A stretch of DNA of 62,169 bases, filler included, from Rhabdomonas costata (lineage: Eukaryota): NCBI GenBank assembly GCA_019059605.1. It is 27 parts of 27 records of this genome, joined end to end, with 100 filler letters (N's around TTAATTAATTAA, not from the genome) between each part and the next. Parts side by side here need not be neighbours in the genome. Positions count along the whole stretch, not along the records: positions 23,089 to 25,294 come from JAHMHO010004853.1; positions 25,395 to 27,600 come from JAHMHO010004854.1; positions 27,701 to 29,905 come from JAHMHO010004855.1; positions 30,006 to 32,212 come from JAHMHO010004856.1; positions 32,313 to 34,517 come from JAHMHO010004857.1; positions 34,618 to 36,823 come from JAHMHO010004858.1; 21 more parts are not named here. One strand, written 5' to 3'. Position numbers and translations under genes: made by a program. The stretch's first letter is position 1. The number at the start of each line of letters is the position of its first letter. Under the pieces are notes generated by a model. That model saw only the letters and a list, made by a program, of their open reading frames with translations. It was not told where the DNA came from and did no database searches. Of this stretch, positions 23,236-35,099 are shown piece by piece.

Positions 23236-25294
23236 GTCCAGCAAGTCGTTGATGAGGTACAGCAGCGCACTCCCACTGCAGCTGATGATGTGAGTGCACT
23301 CGCGCTGCTTGGGGTCGAGCGAGGTGGTCTCCAGAAGAATCTGAGGCCAACCAGAAAATACCAAAGAAGTGTTAAAAGACAATTCCTACTGGGAATACAT
23401 CGGCTCTGCAACCTCACCGTATGTTTGGTGCTTTTCAGCTGGTGAACTCCTTCTGGTCGTTTCAGCGGGAATTAGGAAACAATGATCTTCGTGGGATGGA
23501 GTTGGACATGGCGGGAAACACTCAATATAACAAAACAGACCGAGAAGAGGGAAGCTCAGAAAGGCTCACTGACGGTTGCTTTCCCCGTAAGGCGGCTCCC
23601 TAAATCATGAGCGTCTTCAGACGGATTTGGGGACGTCACAAAACTAGAAAATCCCAGGAGAAGAAAGAGTCAGGATCACATATATGCTCACTGACGGTCA
23701 CTCATCAAGGCGGTAGCGAAAGTCATCGCCCACAAATAAAGAAAGCATCACCAGAGCTCGTTTTTTTGTGCCAACAGTTGTGGCGGAATTTTGGTCAAAC
23801 GTCTCCTTTGCATTCCTGCTCTTCCCCTGTGGGTCCGTAATTGGCACAACTTTCCTACTTTCTTTCTTTTCTGCAACTAATGAGTTTATTTCAAATAATA
23901 GCAAGCAACACCCCAAAAGTAAGCGGACAGTGCGAAACGAATTCCGATACGGAATTTTTTTACAGTGACTTCAAACGCTGGCTTTTTCGGCGTTATATAT
24001 ATTCTATTATCGATGTAACCTCCACACACACCTCCAGATTTCAGCTGAAGGGTGCCGGAATTTATATCTCGGCCTCTTGCATCAGCTCGCATGAGTCCGA
24101 GCCCAGCTTAATCCATCAGGTCAAAAGTCGGATCTGATCTTGGAGTCATTCAGAGAGAAACGTGCCGAACATGAATACTCCAAGGTAGTCATTACTATCA
24201 TACATCCCCCGCCCTTCCTCCCACTCCGAGTGCACGTTCCTCGGCCATCCCGATGCACGCCGTCAGCGGGGTTCGCATCTCGTGGCTCACCATCGCAAAG
24301 AACATCTCCTTCGACCGCATCAGCTCCCGGGCCTGCTCCTCGGACCGCCGCAGCTCCGCCGCACGGGCTGCCTCTCGCTCCTGTACCGCTCGGCTCACCG
24401 AAAAGATCGCCTCCACAAAGGCCTGAACACAACAAATCAAAACGTGATCGCCCATCCATCCTTCCACCAATCATTTCTCAGACAGGCCGGAAAACAACTG
24501 CGCAACGTCCGTTTTTCCGCCAGGAATTCAAGAAACGCATCCAATACCGAGACCGAGATTACTGAAATCGTCCTTCAACCGTCAAAGCATCAAGACAGGG
24601 ATCAAGATAAACGGGCAAAAGTAAAAACGGTAAACTGAAAACCTGGTGAAGGGAGCGAATCTCGGTGAACACAGACAGGGGTTTGGGTGCCACTGCAATG
24701 CCAAGTTCAGCACCGGACTCTGCTCCACCACTCCCAGAGTTCTCCGCAGCCTCCTTCAGCTGCACCAGACCATGAAGAAGAGTGCGCAGGTGGTACGCCA
24801 TGATGAACCGGTAGAAGAACAGCTGCAGCGCGAAGAAGGTCACAATGCACACGGCAACCAGGATAATCGCCACGCGGTTGTTGCTCCAAACCCCCTCATA
24901 GTACTCTGACTGAGGGAGCACAACGAAAAGCTTCCAGTTCAGCCCGTACGCGAAGAAGTCTGGCCGCACCTGCCCAGGAATGGTCACCTGGAACACAAAG
25001 CAGGCACCAAACGGGGACAGCGAGGCTTGAAGCACGCTGCCTGGGCCTGGAATGGGAAGCCCAGGGAGGGCCCGGACGGTCTCCATGACATCCGCCGTGG
25101 CATGGTCCACCGAGCTCGTGATCAGGCTGCCGTCTTCCGCAAGAAGCACCAGCATCCCAGAGGTGGCCAGAGCTTGGTGGACGTCGCGCAGGGACTCCTG
25201 CAGCGTGCTCAGGTCATAGTTCACAGTTACCACTCCTGGAATCGAGCCATCCGCGAACCTCACAGGAACTCCCAGCGAAAGCCCCCCCAAAAAC
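23236..25294 (-). CDS. Membrane sensor histidine kinase (Cache-like, TM, HAMP, HisKA); exons ~25294-24643, 24422-24240, 23340-23236
   Basis: PVRFADGSIPGVVTVNYDLSTL (Cache-like); TM segment VAIILVAVCIVTFFALQLFF; HAMP-like HLRTL...TEIRSLHQAF; H-box FFAMVSHEMRTPL followed by SGSALLYLINDLLD. Confidence 0.88.
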
Positions 25295-25394
25295 NNNNNN
25301 NNNNNNNNNNNNNNNNNNNNNNNNNNNNNNNNNNNNNNTTAATTAATTAANNNNNNNNNNNNNNNNNNNNNNNNNNNNNNNNNNNNNNNNNNNN

Positions 25395-25586
25395 TTTGTG
25401 TACTATTGTGTGCTCTGGTGCGCCAAAGTAAACGTATCTTTTTGAGCGCATTTACTGCAACAAAAATTGTTTTGCATATGTTGGCACTTAATTCAAAGAA
25501 ATGCAGTGGTGGTAGCGCAAAATTAGCTCAGTGTAACATATAAATTGTGTACTATTGTGTGCTCTGGTGCGCCAAAGTAAACGTCT
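25395..25586. repeat. 40-bp direct repeat, copies 150 bp apart
   Basis: ttgtgtactattgtgtgctctggtgcgccaaagtaaacgt at about 25396 and 25546. Confidence 0.9.
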
Positions 25587-25899
25587 CTATTAAATAAGCT
25601 GATTATGGATCAAAAGCACTTTTGAAAGATAAAGATGTCACAAAAACATGGCTTAGGAAAACACGTGAAGCGTGAAAATATTCTTTCTGTTCAAATTTGG
25701 GAAAGAGAAAGCTTTTCAAAAAAGCAAAAAATTGCTAAAGCAACGTTGGTGTATTTTTCAATCAGGATGAAATGTTGTAAGTACACGAGTGAGTGTTAAC
25801 TTTTCAGCTGTGAAAAGTACATATAATACATATACAAAATCTGCATTGTGAAAGTGTAACATAAGTTTAGAGTGATTAGGGATAGTGTGGAAAACCGTA

Positions 25900-27000
25900 A
25901 GTTTCAATAAGTAAAATGTAATGGAAGTAGATCTAGTGTGCATACAAAACAGTTGTGTGATGTGTGAAGAGCATGCACAAACAACATGCCAGCAGAAATA
26001 CAGATTCGATAGTACGTTTTAAGTGGACCAGAAGAAAAACAGTAATATAAATAGACTCCAAGACACAAAAACCAAATAGCATAATCAGTAAACGGAGATT
26101 TTTCAAACAGTCAGTAAGCTCACAATATAGCAATGAAACCATTACACAGTGATGGAGGCAAACCAATGAAACGCGCTGTAGAAATGAAGTTTTGAGTAAA
26201 AGTGATGACAGTTGAGCATATTGTGTAGCATAGATGGAATATTTTGAATGGCTGAAAATTGAGATCGCAAAAAAAAACAGAAACGAAAACGGCGGCTTAT
26301 TTTAAATAAAAGGTTATATAAGCGTAAATCTGTGGATGTTATAGTTCTGTACAGTATGACTGTAAAGTACAATGAGTACAATGGCACAAATTAGTGAACA
26401 AATTGCATAAAACAAAATAAATTTAACAGAAGTAAATTAAATGCAACAGCCTTTTTGTGCTGCTGAGCTGAAAATTGTGGATTAAATGCGTAGAAAACTT
26501 GAAATATATAACGTTTTAAGGCATTCGAGAGCTTTGCACACAGATGGTGAGACCTGCATGTCAACTTAGTAGTAGTACACAGCACGTGGCAACCAAATTT
26601 GAGACCAAATCGGCCCTTATATATTTGTTGCCAAGCGGACGTAAAAAACAGATTTCAACAAAACCTTCGTGATATCAGCTTCGACAAAGTTTGCTCTACA
26701 GTGACAAAAAATCACTGCGCATTCGCATCGTTGGCTAATTGTGTAACAGTTTGCTAAAACTCATCTACTATTTCTTGCACTAGTTAATTTTAAATTTAGC
26801 GGTGGCAATATTGCTCTGATTTTTTGCCGTGCTCAATATACAGTTTTTTCAGCTGCGCACTTGAGTAGTGCAATCTTGAGTTTATGTGGTACATTTAATT
26901 CCGTTGGCATGCCATTTATCTCATGCCATGTATTATGACACAAACAATTATTGGTACAAAAAGACATTTTTATAGAAACTTATCAATAGCATTTCCCCCA
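25900..27000 (+). mobile_element. AT-rich contig, possible highly decayed MULE/Mutator transposase
   Basis: Scattered residual motifs in MULE-like order: FDSTF (~26005), SDGGK (~26150) and a SWIM-like CGTFNSVGMP..SHA (~26885). Many stops. Confidence 0.25.
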
Positions 27001-27937
27001 ATTTTTGTCTTTCTATATTTGGGCTTATCGTGAATCAATAGGTTGGATTTTTGTTGCGATGTGTTCTGTGTACGTTTCAATCTCACTCCACTTTATTTGC
27101 CTCTTCAATTTTGCCGTTATTGTTTCCATACATTCCATTCAAGCTCTTGGCTGATGGTTCCGATTTGCGCTCATTTCTGAAGCTCTGCGTGTGATCGCCA
27201 TTTTTACTTTTTGTTGGTAAACACTTTCCTTTCATTGCGAAAATAGTTGCTACGACGTGTCCAACGTAGGCGGCGCCGAAGTGTCTAATTACCAAATTAA
27301 AGTCTTGTGTTGTTGCTAGTAGTACATCTCCCTTTTGCTAAAATACACTCATACGGAGATTTGTATTCGGCATTAACACAAACCTTCCAGGTTTCATGAA
27401 TTAAGGCCATATCATCACGTCAAGGTGTAAACGGGGAAATTTGTATCTATCAATGCTAAATTTGGTTCTTGTTGTTTGCCATGTTTTTGCATTGTATGTG
27501 CGTTCCTGAGCGCATCGGTTTGCTTCCAGAATTGTTGTGTCATCTAAGGTCTTTTTTCACTGAATTATAAACGTCTCTTTCCACTTTGTCCTCCTCGGGG
27601 NNNNNNNNNNNNNNNNNNNNNNNNNNNNNNNNNNNNNNNNNNNNTTAATTAATTAANNNNNNNNNNNNNNNNNNNNNNNNNNNNNNNNNNNNNNNNNNNN
27701 GTGTGGGGGGCATGCCATCTCACTAGGGGAAATTATTATGGCGAATCAGTTACTGGACAGTTGGAGAAGGATGCAATCAGAAAAGGAGAGAAAACCTGAT
27801 CGTTTGCACAGAACGTTAAGTTCCGTTTTGTCTCCAGAAAGATCGCCAAACATGCGAGAGATGCACAGAAGCGGACAAATCGAACAGAGGAAAATAGGTG
27901 CTCCCGCTGATGTTGGGATCGGGGGGTTGGGGCGTAC

Positions 27938-29244
27938 CCCCGGTACTCCATGGCATGAATAAAAGCGCAGCGGTCCTCGTAGCGGCAGGTGCCCTTGTTT
28001 CGCCACTGGCTGCAGTGCATTCGGAAAGGCATCTGCCCCAAGACAGAAGAGAGGAGAGAGAGACGGGAAATCGCGGAAGAGATCCGAGCAATGCCGTGGT
28101 GAACCCCGTCGTGAACCGTCGTGCATATAAAAGGGAAGCAATCAGCAACAGCCGCATGAGGCGTTACGGAGGAAACTTTGTGAGGCACTAGGGCCTTTGG
28201 GGTGAAGCTGAGATATTTCAGCAATCACAAGTAAATTTGTGCACAAGCGACCGCGAGAACTGATACCAGCTTCGAGGTGCACAATAGAGCGATACGCCAA
28301 TCGATGTGAAACTAATTAAACACAACCGCAGGCGTCCGGACCCCACCACAACAAAAAATAGCCTCACCACCACCTTCACCACGGATAACCAAATCCAGAA
28401 GTCAAGACAATAAATATGACTAAGCATACTGAGTCATGCCGCGACCGCACATGCAAGACGGTAGCTTCTTGGCGGGGATATTTTACAGGGAAGGGGAAGA
28501 CGTGGGGCATACCTCCTCCACGCCGCTGGGGTTGATGATGAGGTGGTAGGAGCGGCTTCCCCGAGTCATCGCCACGGACTCCATCGGAATCTCTGTCTTA
28601 GTGTCCTTGGTCCACTGTGGAAAGGGAGTTAGAGATGAAGCGGTTGCCATGAGCGCCACCAGTGTGTCAATAACTGATTTTGCGGTGGGCATGCGGGTGC
28701 ATACACATCTGAATTGAGCGTCTATGCGGGGATGACCTGTCTTCAGCATTTGCGTATGATAGTGAAGTCCTCGAGCCCACCCATCAGACAAGGGTGAACG
28801 GGTTTCCAATAGCTACTGCACTGACGTCGTCAATGGAATCTGCGTCACCGATTCCTGAATACCACAAAACCAAATAAAATTGTCTGCATCTGCCTGAACT
28901 ACATCTGCTGTCGCCTTCTGTTTCCATCTGTTCACCCTTTCTCCGGCAGACGGCGATCAATTGGACAGGGCAACTTTTGACTCAATCTGGCCGGAAAAAC
29001 CTATCACCTGCACACAGCCGTAACTTACCTGGTCGTAAACCACGATGGTGGAGGGGCGAACGCGCTTGTTGGGGGGCCCCCATGAGCCCACACCACGGCC
29101 TGGGAATGCCCCCACGGGCTGCTGCTGCTGCAGCAGCTGCTCTTGCTGCTGCTGCTGGTCGGGCTGTCCATTCTCCGCCCCGGCCTCCTCCACTGCCGCG
29201 CCGTCCGCACCCCCCACCTCTGCCTCGCTGGCGGTCCGCTTCAT
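27938..29244 (-). CDS. CCCH zinc-finger RNA-binding protein, 5' part; exons 29244-29029, 28614-28513, 28032-27938
   Basis: ATG, Gln-rich N-terminus, phase-0 GT-AG joins, and CSQWRNKGTCRYEDRCAFIH (C-x8-C-x5-C-x3-H). Confidence 0.85.
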
Positions 29245-30005
29245 TGTGTGCGGTTGGGTCTCCCCCGGTGTCCCACCTGCGCCCTGACCCTCAGTCGCTC
29301 ACCCGCCTCACAGGACAAGCTCAAGGCTAGTGTGAAGGAGAGGAGATCAGAGCCCCGACCTCCTCCCCGCTTCACCTCACAAGTAAAATGCGCTCCACAG
29401 CCCTCTGCAAAAGGGGCAGTTTTGGGGGAGGGAAAGACGTGGGAGCACGCGAAGCGCAGAAAAAACCCTGCGTCAAAGGGAAGTGGGAATGAATCTCCCA
29501 CGCACACATAACAAGAAAACCCTAAACAACCACCCCCCGGGTCCGATGCACTTTTCTGACGTTGCTAAACGGCGAAGCAAGAAGCCAGGATGATGGGCTA
29601 AGCCAAGCCCACATATGTGTCGTCTTTTTTGATTCCTTGGCCGCAATACTCCCATACTCCCATACTCCCCTACAACCCCCTACAATCCCGCATGCTCCGG
29701 CCGCGCCGTGGCGCTGGCCTCCACCATTCGTTCATCACAGCTCAAAATGAAACTGGTCCCACTGGGAAAAACAATCCATCACAAATATCGCAAATACCTC
29801 AGCAATACCAAATCCCTCGTTCCCTACATCTAGCTCCATCTAGGTCCATCTACCGCCGTTTGGCGACATGAAGAAAGATGAGAACGGCGAGCCATTAGCA
29901 CCCCCNNNNNNNNNNNNNNNNNNNNNNNNNNNNNNNNNNNNNNNNNNNNTTAATTAATTAANNNNNNNNNNNNNNNNNNNNNNNNNNNNNNNNNNNNNNN
30001 NNNNN

Positions 30006-30468
30006 TTTGTTGTGTAGTGCGCCTTTAGCATGTCTGTAAACTGGTCCCATGAGGTGAAGGTTTGCCCGTTAGCGAAGATGCCACGTCAAAGGCCATTTGG
30101 GCGTAGCGGATGGCAACTTGGTCTGGGAATTCTCGCTGGCATTTTCTTTCGTTCACTCTAACCACCCAGTCCATGAAGTGTTCTAGCTTCGAACTTTTCG
30201 AACTCAGGATCTTTTCCATGTAGTTTCCTGAGTCCCGGTAGTTTCCTAAGTCCGGCGACTTCAGCTGAACGTGAGCCTGAGACTGCTTGGAAAGAGGCAC
30301 CGGGAGCTTGTTTTGCATCATGGTCATACTATGGGTCTGGTTCTGAGCCATTAGTGTGATTGATTCTCCCAGTAGTTCGGGGGTAAATGGTGTGGTGACT
30401 GCGGGGGCTTTGTTAGAAGAAGATGGGGCTGCATGGGGCACTGTAGGGGACTGCGATGGTGCGCTCAT
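30006..30468 (-). pseudogene. Retrotransposon gag-like ORF with a frameshift
   Basis: FMDWVVRVNE...PDQVAIRYAQMAF, then in another frame TFTSWDQFTDMLKAHY (gag-type WxxFxxxLxxxY). It lies about 200 nt downstream of the PBS. Confidence 0.6.
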
Positions 30469-30680
30469 ATTTCTCTCTCGGTGGGTGGGGGTTCCTTTTT
30501 CAAAACAATTTCTTCTCCCTGAAATGCGGTGGTGAAAACGCGGTAGAAATAAACAAAAACATTCAAAAGATAAGCCTTTTTGTTCCAAAGTCGTTAGCAG
30601 AACAAAAGAATGGCCACAAATAAGTCGGTAAGAGGTACAAAAAAAGAAATACACGGCTGAGGCCGGTAGGTTGCACCGAA

Positions 30681-30692
30681 CCTCTGCTACCA
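30681..30692 (-). promoter_or_regulatory. tRNA-iMet primer-binding site
   Basis: TGGTAGCAGAGG on the minus strand, complementary to the initiator-tRNA 3' end CCTCTGCTACCA and 2 nt after an LTR-like CA end. The same 12-mer recurs at 32846-32857. Confidence 0.75.
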
Positions 30693-30694
30693 GG

Positions 30695-32185
30695 TGAGAG
30701 GGCTCGGTCTCCCGAAGCTCGTACTGGGCTCAGGGCCCGGTTTACTGACACGCTTACTTAATTTACAAAATACTTTGCTGATTCGGTAGAAATTTAGTTA
30801 AAACGTCCTCTCCTTCCCAATCCAAAAACAAAAGCCTTAGAAGGAACCAAGCAAACACATTGTAACCAGGGTTCCACTTCGGATTGGAAGGAAGAAGAGT
30901 GTGTAAAACCTTGGAAAGGAAAAGCAAATGTGCAGGAAAGAAATGGGAGATATTTACAACAAATCTTTGGCCTAAGTTTTCGGGTCAAATCCGGTAGTTT
31001 TGTGGGGATGGGAGTTTTGGTCTAGCAAAAAGGGGGTTTCCAATTAGATTCCTTTAGCAGGAAGCAGGAAGAAAAGCACGAAAAAGACAACGGGCATTGT
31101 GCAGGGAAAAGTCAGTAGAAATGGTCAAGGGGAATGGCGAGAAAGGTCATTTGGCCAAAAGGAAATTTTGTTGGTGGGGGCAATGTGGGCGAAACTATGT
31201 GCTGTTGGGAATGTGTGTTTCCGGGCAAGGGGTGAACCTTGGCCGGGGGAGGTGAATCTGTTTCTGACTTTACGTGTACCGCTACACACCGGGACCGTGG
31301 GCAACCCAATGAGGTTGGAGGGCTATAAGCAAGCCAACAAGGGGGCGTTCCATTGCAGAAGGGCTTTCAGGGGGCGAGATCCAAAAGGCAACTTCCAGCA
31401 ATAGTCCCAGAAATTCCATGACCACTTATCGCGATATAATGACTCATTTTTGAAGACATTTGCATCCTGGGGCAAACAAAAAATAAACGTGTGACGATGG
31501 CCTGAAGCGCGGGAGGGAACGAAGGAGCGTGGTCTGTCAAAAGACCCGGTGGGATGACGGTGGAGTAGGTGAAGGAGGTGCGTGTGCTTTAGGGTAATCT
31601 GCAAAGGGCTTAAACAAGCAACGCCAAACCTGCATTCGTTTCTCGCACTCAATTGAGAGACAGTGAAGTGGCCTCCAGGAGTGCCCACTGCCCGTTCGTT
31701 TCGGAAATGTCCGTGCAGTCCGAAAGGGATAGCGGAGGGGGCCCCCAACTCAAAGCCCAAGCCCCTATCTTAGAAATTCAAAGGTAGCACAGAGACAACC
31801 CCACAGTCGGGATCAGCAAGCACACACACAGTCACACAAAGAAAGTTGGGCCACTGTACTACGAAAGGGGCAATGCTACCACGGCGTCACATGAAGACAA
31901 ATGCACACAGAGCTCATTACCAAACCTCACAGCCATACATCCACAGGAGCAATGACAACTGCCTTTAGAAAGAATAATGGAAAAGGGGAGAGAGACGCGA
32001 GAGGTCAACGCGGATCAGATTTTGAAAAAGAGCCAAAGGAAATGATAAAAAATCAAAGAGGGAAAGCACAAAGCGAAGGGTAACCGAGGGCACAGAGTTG
32101 CCCTTTGGAAGGACAGCACAGGGAGAGAGGCCAAAAGTGAAATCAGTGTTTGATTAAAGCAACGGGGAGGGGGGGTGGCACCACA
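30695..32185 (-). mobile_element. Candidate 5' LTR (~1.5 kb) of a Ty3/gypsy-like element
   Basis: TG...CA termini on the minus strand, followed by the PBS and gag. 30695-30955 aligns by eye to 33093-33363. The boundary at 32185 is inferred. Confidence 0.6.
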
Positions 32186-32212
32186 GTAGTAGTAGTAGTA
32201 GTAGTAGTAGTA
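32186..32212. repeat. (GTA)9 microsatellite
   Basis: Seen directly, at the contig end. Confidence 0.95.
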
Positions 32213-32379
32213 NNNNNNNNNNNNNNNNNNNNNNNNNNNNNNNNNNNNNNNNNNNNTTAATTAATTAANNNNNNNNNNNNNNNNNNNNNNNNNNNNNNNN
32301 NNNNNNNNNNNNTTTTTGTGGAATATTGCGCCACAGTTGCAGCCACATAGATCTCATTAAGAAAACAAGAAGTTAGTTT

Positions 32380-32770
32380 GAAATTAATTGCAGAAAACGG
32401 AGTTTCAGGTGTTGAAAGCCAGGCTGTTGAATTTTCATGTTTTGTCACTCCAGAGTTTAAAAAACAAATTGTGCTTCACACGGATGTTTGGATGTGGTTA
32501 TTGGAGCCATTCTTTCACATCAAGAGTGTTGGAAAATGTCTCTGGTTGTTGTCCAGAACGCTGTATACTGCAGAGAAAAACTACACAATGCATGCAGTCC
32601 ACACAGTGTGATAGTTGACACGTACAACTTGGCATTAAGCTGTTTGCAGAAGAAAACCGGCCTTTGACAAGTCACCTGCGGTGCTTGAAAAGATTACAGA
32701 AGTAAACTTTGCAGATTTCCAACATTCACGGTCGCTGAGGATGACGTGTCTGATACACGTATTTTAACAT
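32380..32770 (+). pseudogene. Decayed Ty3/gypsy RNase H
   Basis: PEFKKQIVLHTD / DVVIGAILSHQ / SRTLYTAEKNYT across frameshifts, followed by a degenerate ending resembling RWxxxLQ..I..I.G..VAD. Confidence 0.75.
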
Positions 32771-33092
32771 TCATGTGTTCTTGGACTTACATTTCCAGAA
32801 TTTTATCCGAACATTCAGACATTTGTGTGCGAGCGCTTTATATTTACCTCTGCTACCAGGTTAGAGGGCTCGGTCTAACGAACATGGTACTGGACTTAGG
32901 GCCCGATTTACTGATACCTACTATTTGTGTTGTTACTGGGTTGTGAAGAAGTCCATTAGCCACCTGGAGAGAAGCGTTGCTTGGCAGGTCTAAAGTATGA
33001 GGCTTATGTACCGTGCTTTGACACGTTCACAGCAGATTTGGCGAGTGAATAATAGTTTCAGGTGATGGAGTACAATGATGTGGATGAATGCC

Positions 33093-34216
33093 TGAGCGGG
33101 CTCGGTCTCACGAACCTCGTACTGGTCAGATTTACTTACACATACTTATTTTACAAAATACTTCAATGATTTCGGTAGTAATTTAGTTTAAAGTCCTCTC
33201 TTTCACAATCGCAAAGCAAAACCGTTAGAAGAAAACCAAAAAAAACCACAGGTTCAACGTTCCACTTCGGAATTAGGAAAATACTGGAATGGAGAAAATG
33301 GAGAAGAGTGTGTAAAAACTTTGAAAAGGAAAGCAAAGGTGCATGAGAAGAATTGGGAATATTCATCAGGACAAGGCAGCAGAGATCGCAAATCTCGATG
33401 GTCTTTGCTGTCACGGAAGTGTTGAGATGGCCAATGCCAATGATTTGAAAGAGCGGGACGGCCGACCGATTTTCAACCACCAATCATGAACATACAGGGT
33501 ATAAACAGGGTGAAATATGCACCGGCGGGGCTTGATACGCCAAAAAGTACCGGCTTCCAAAAACCGGGCTGTTGGTGAAGCATGTATCTCGAGACTCCCC
33601 CCTTCCACCGTCACTTTCCGCACACGTGTTGAATATTGGCGGGGTGGAACCAAAAAACCGTAGAGAATGCAAGTGGCGAGAACCACGCTGAAACAGGCGG
33701 CCAGAACAACACCCCGTTCACCCGGATGGTGTTTTCGCGCAATTGTCCGAATGCGTTCATCCTGCCCTTAAGGCAAATTGGGAAACCCGAGGCCGTTAAA
33801 ACGCTCGTCGAAACATCCCACATCCAAAGGGTGAGCGCCCCGACCGGTTTGAACTACCCGGGCATTTTAAAGCACAATTAATCCAAGTCCCGAAAGGTTT
33901 CCAGATTCCTGGCTCGGCCGCGTTAAGTGGGCGCCGCTCCAGAAAAAGCGGCTCCACAGCGATTATGGGAAGCGCAAAGGGAAAGTCGAGAGTCAAAAGG
34001 GCAAGTCCTCCGAAATCAAAATTCAACGGCAAAGTTGTGGTTCTTTGAAAGGTTGAAAACACCAACCGGTGTGTAAACCAGCATATGTGTGAAACATCCC
34101 GCAAAGGAAGCAAAACAACTGGTGGGCACAATGAAATGGCAATACGAAACGGAGAATAATCCCCTGCATTGCGTCAACCTCCATAGTTTTATTAAAAGTG
34201 GATAGCCCCACCACCA
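33093..34216 (-). mobile_element. Diverged LTR copy of the 30695 family, with a short PBS + LTR-end copy at 32846-32925
   Basis: About 270 bp of clear similarity to 30695-30955, beginning exactly at the terminal TG. The far boundary is inferred from weak similarity. No target-site duplication found. Confidence 0.6.
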
Positions 34217-34793
34217 TAGGGCCTTACATTGAGAGTCATGTTGCGCACCCAGCAGCATTCAGCAGGACCCAGATGTCAGAAGGACATCTAGCCACACTAC
34301 AAGCCATTGACACGGGCGGGGCTACGTGGACGGACACGAGCGTAGGAGTGCTTCAGGTTCGCTTGGGTGCTGTCATTTGTTTTTAATTGTTCTGCGGCGA
34401 CTTCACCACCGGCTTGTCATACCAAGACGAAAGGAGCAGCACGGACTACCAGTGCATTCAAGCAGTGGGTTTCCAAAGATAAAGCAAAGAAACCAACGCT
34501 CCGGGACACCCACAACANNNNNNNNNNNNNNNNNNNNNNNNNNNNNNNNNNNNNNNNNNNNTTAATTAATTAANNNNNNNNNNNNNNNNNNNNNNNNNNN
34601 NNNNNNNNNNNNNNNNNAGGATGCCGTGCGTTGGTGTCAGAGGGAGGTGGGCTGCACGACAGGGCCCCCTCCCACAGAGGAGTTTTGCTGAGGTTGCATG
34701 GGAGCTATTGGAAAACGGGTGAGTTGGATTGGGCACTGCCAGCTCCAGTGGTAGGCACCGCAGGCGCGGCAGGGGCGTGGGGGGGGGCTGCGC

Positions 34794-35099
34794 CGTGTCG
34801 CAGTGCTGCCCGCGGTTCGTAACGTAGAGCTGACGCCCGCCGACGTTGACAAAGCGGTTCTGCGAGCGGGAGCGCTGCGGGGCTGGTGCAAGGACAGTTT
34901 CAGAGGGTGGTGCTTGACGCACCTGCAGGGCATAGTCGTATGCCTGCTGCACCAGTGCGAGGTGGGCTTCTTCGATTGCCAGGGGGTTTGGTTTGCCCCC
35001 TCTAACTGCTTCCTCTTTGTACGTTTCCAGTTTCCAAACGTTGTGCGCCGTCCGGGTTTTTTCTTTTGTGCTCATTATTGAGATGTTGTCAAAACCCAT
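34794..35099 (-). CDS. Hypothetical protein, 5' part; exons 35099-34923 and 34874-~34794
   Basis: ATG, MGFDNISIMSTKEKTRTAHNVWKLETY..., and a 48-nt CAG|GT...CAG intron candidate. Confidence 0.55.
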
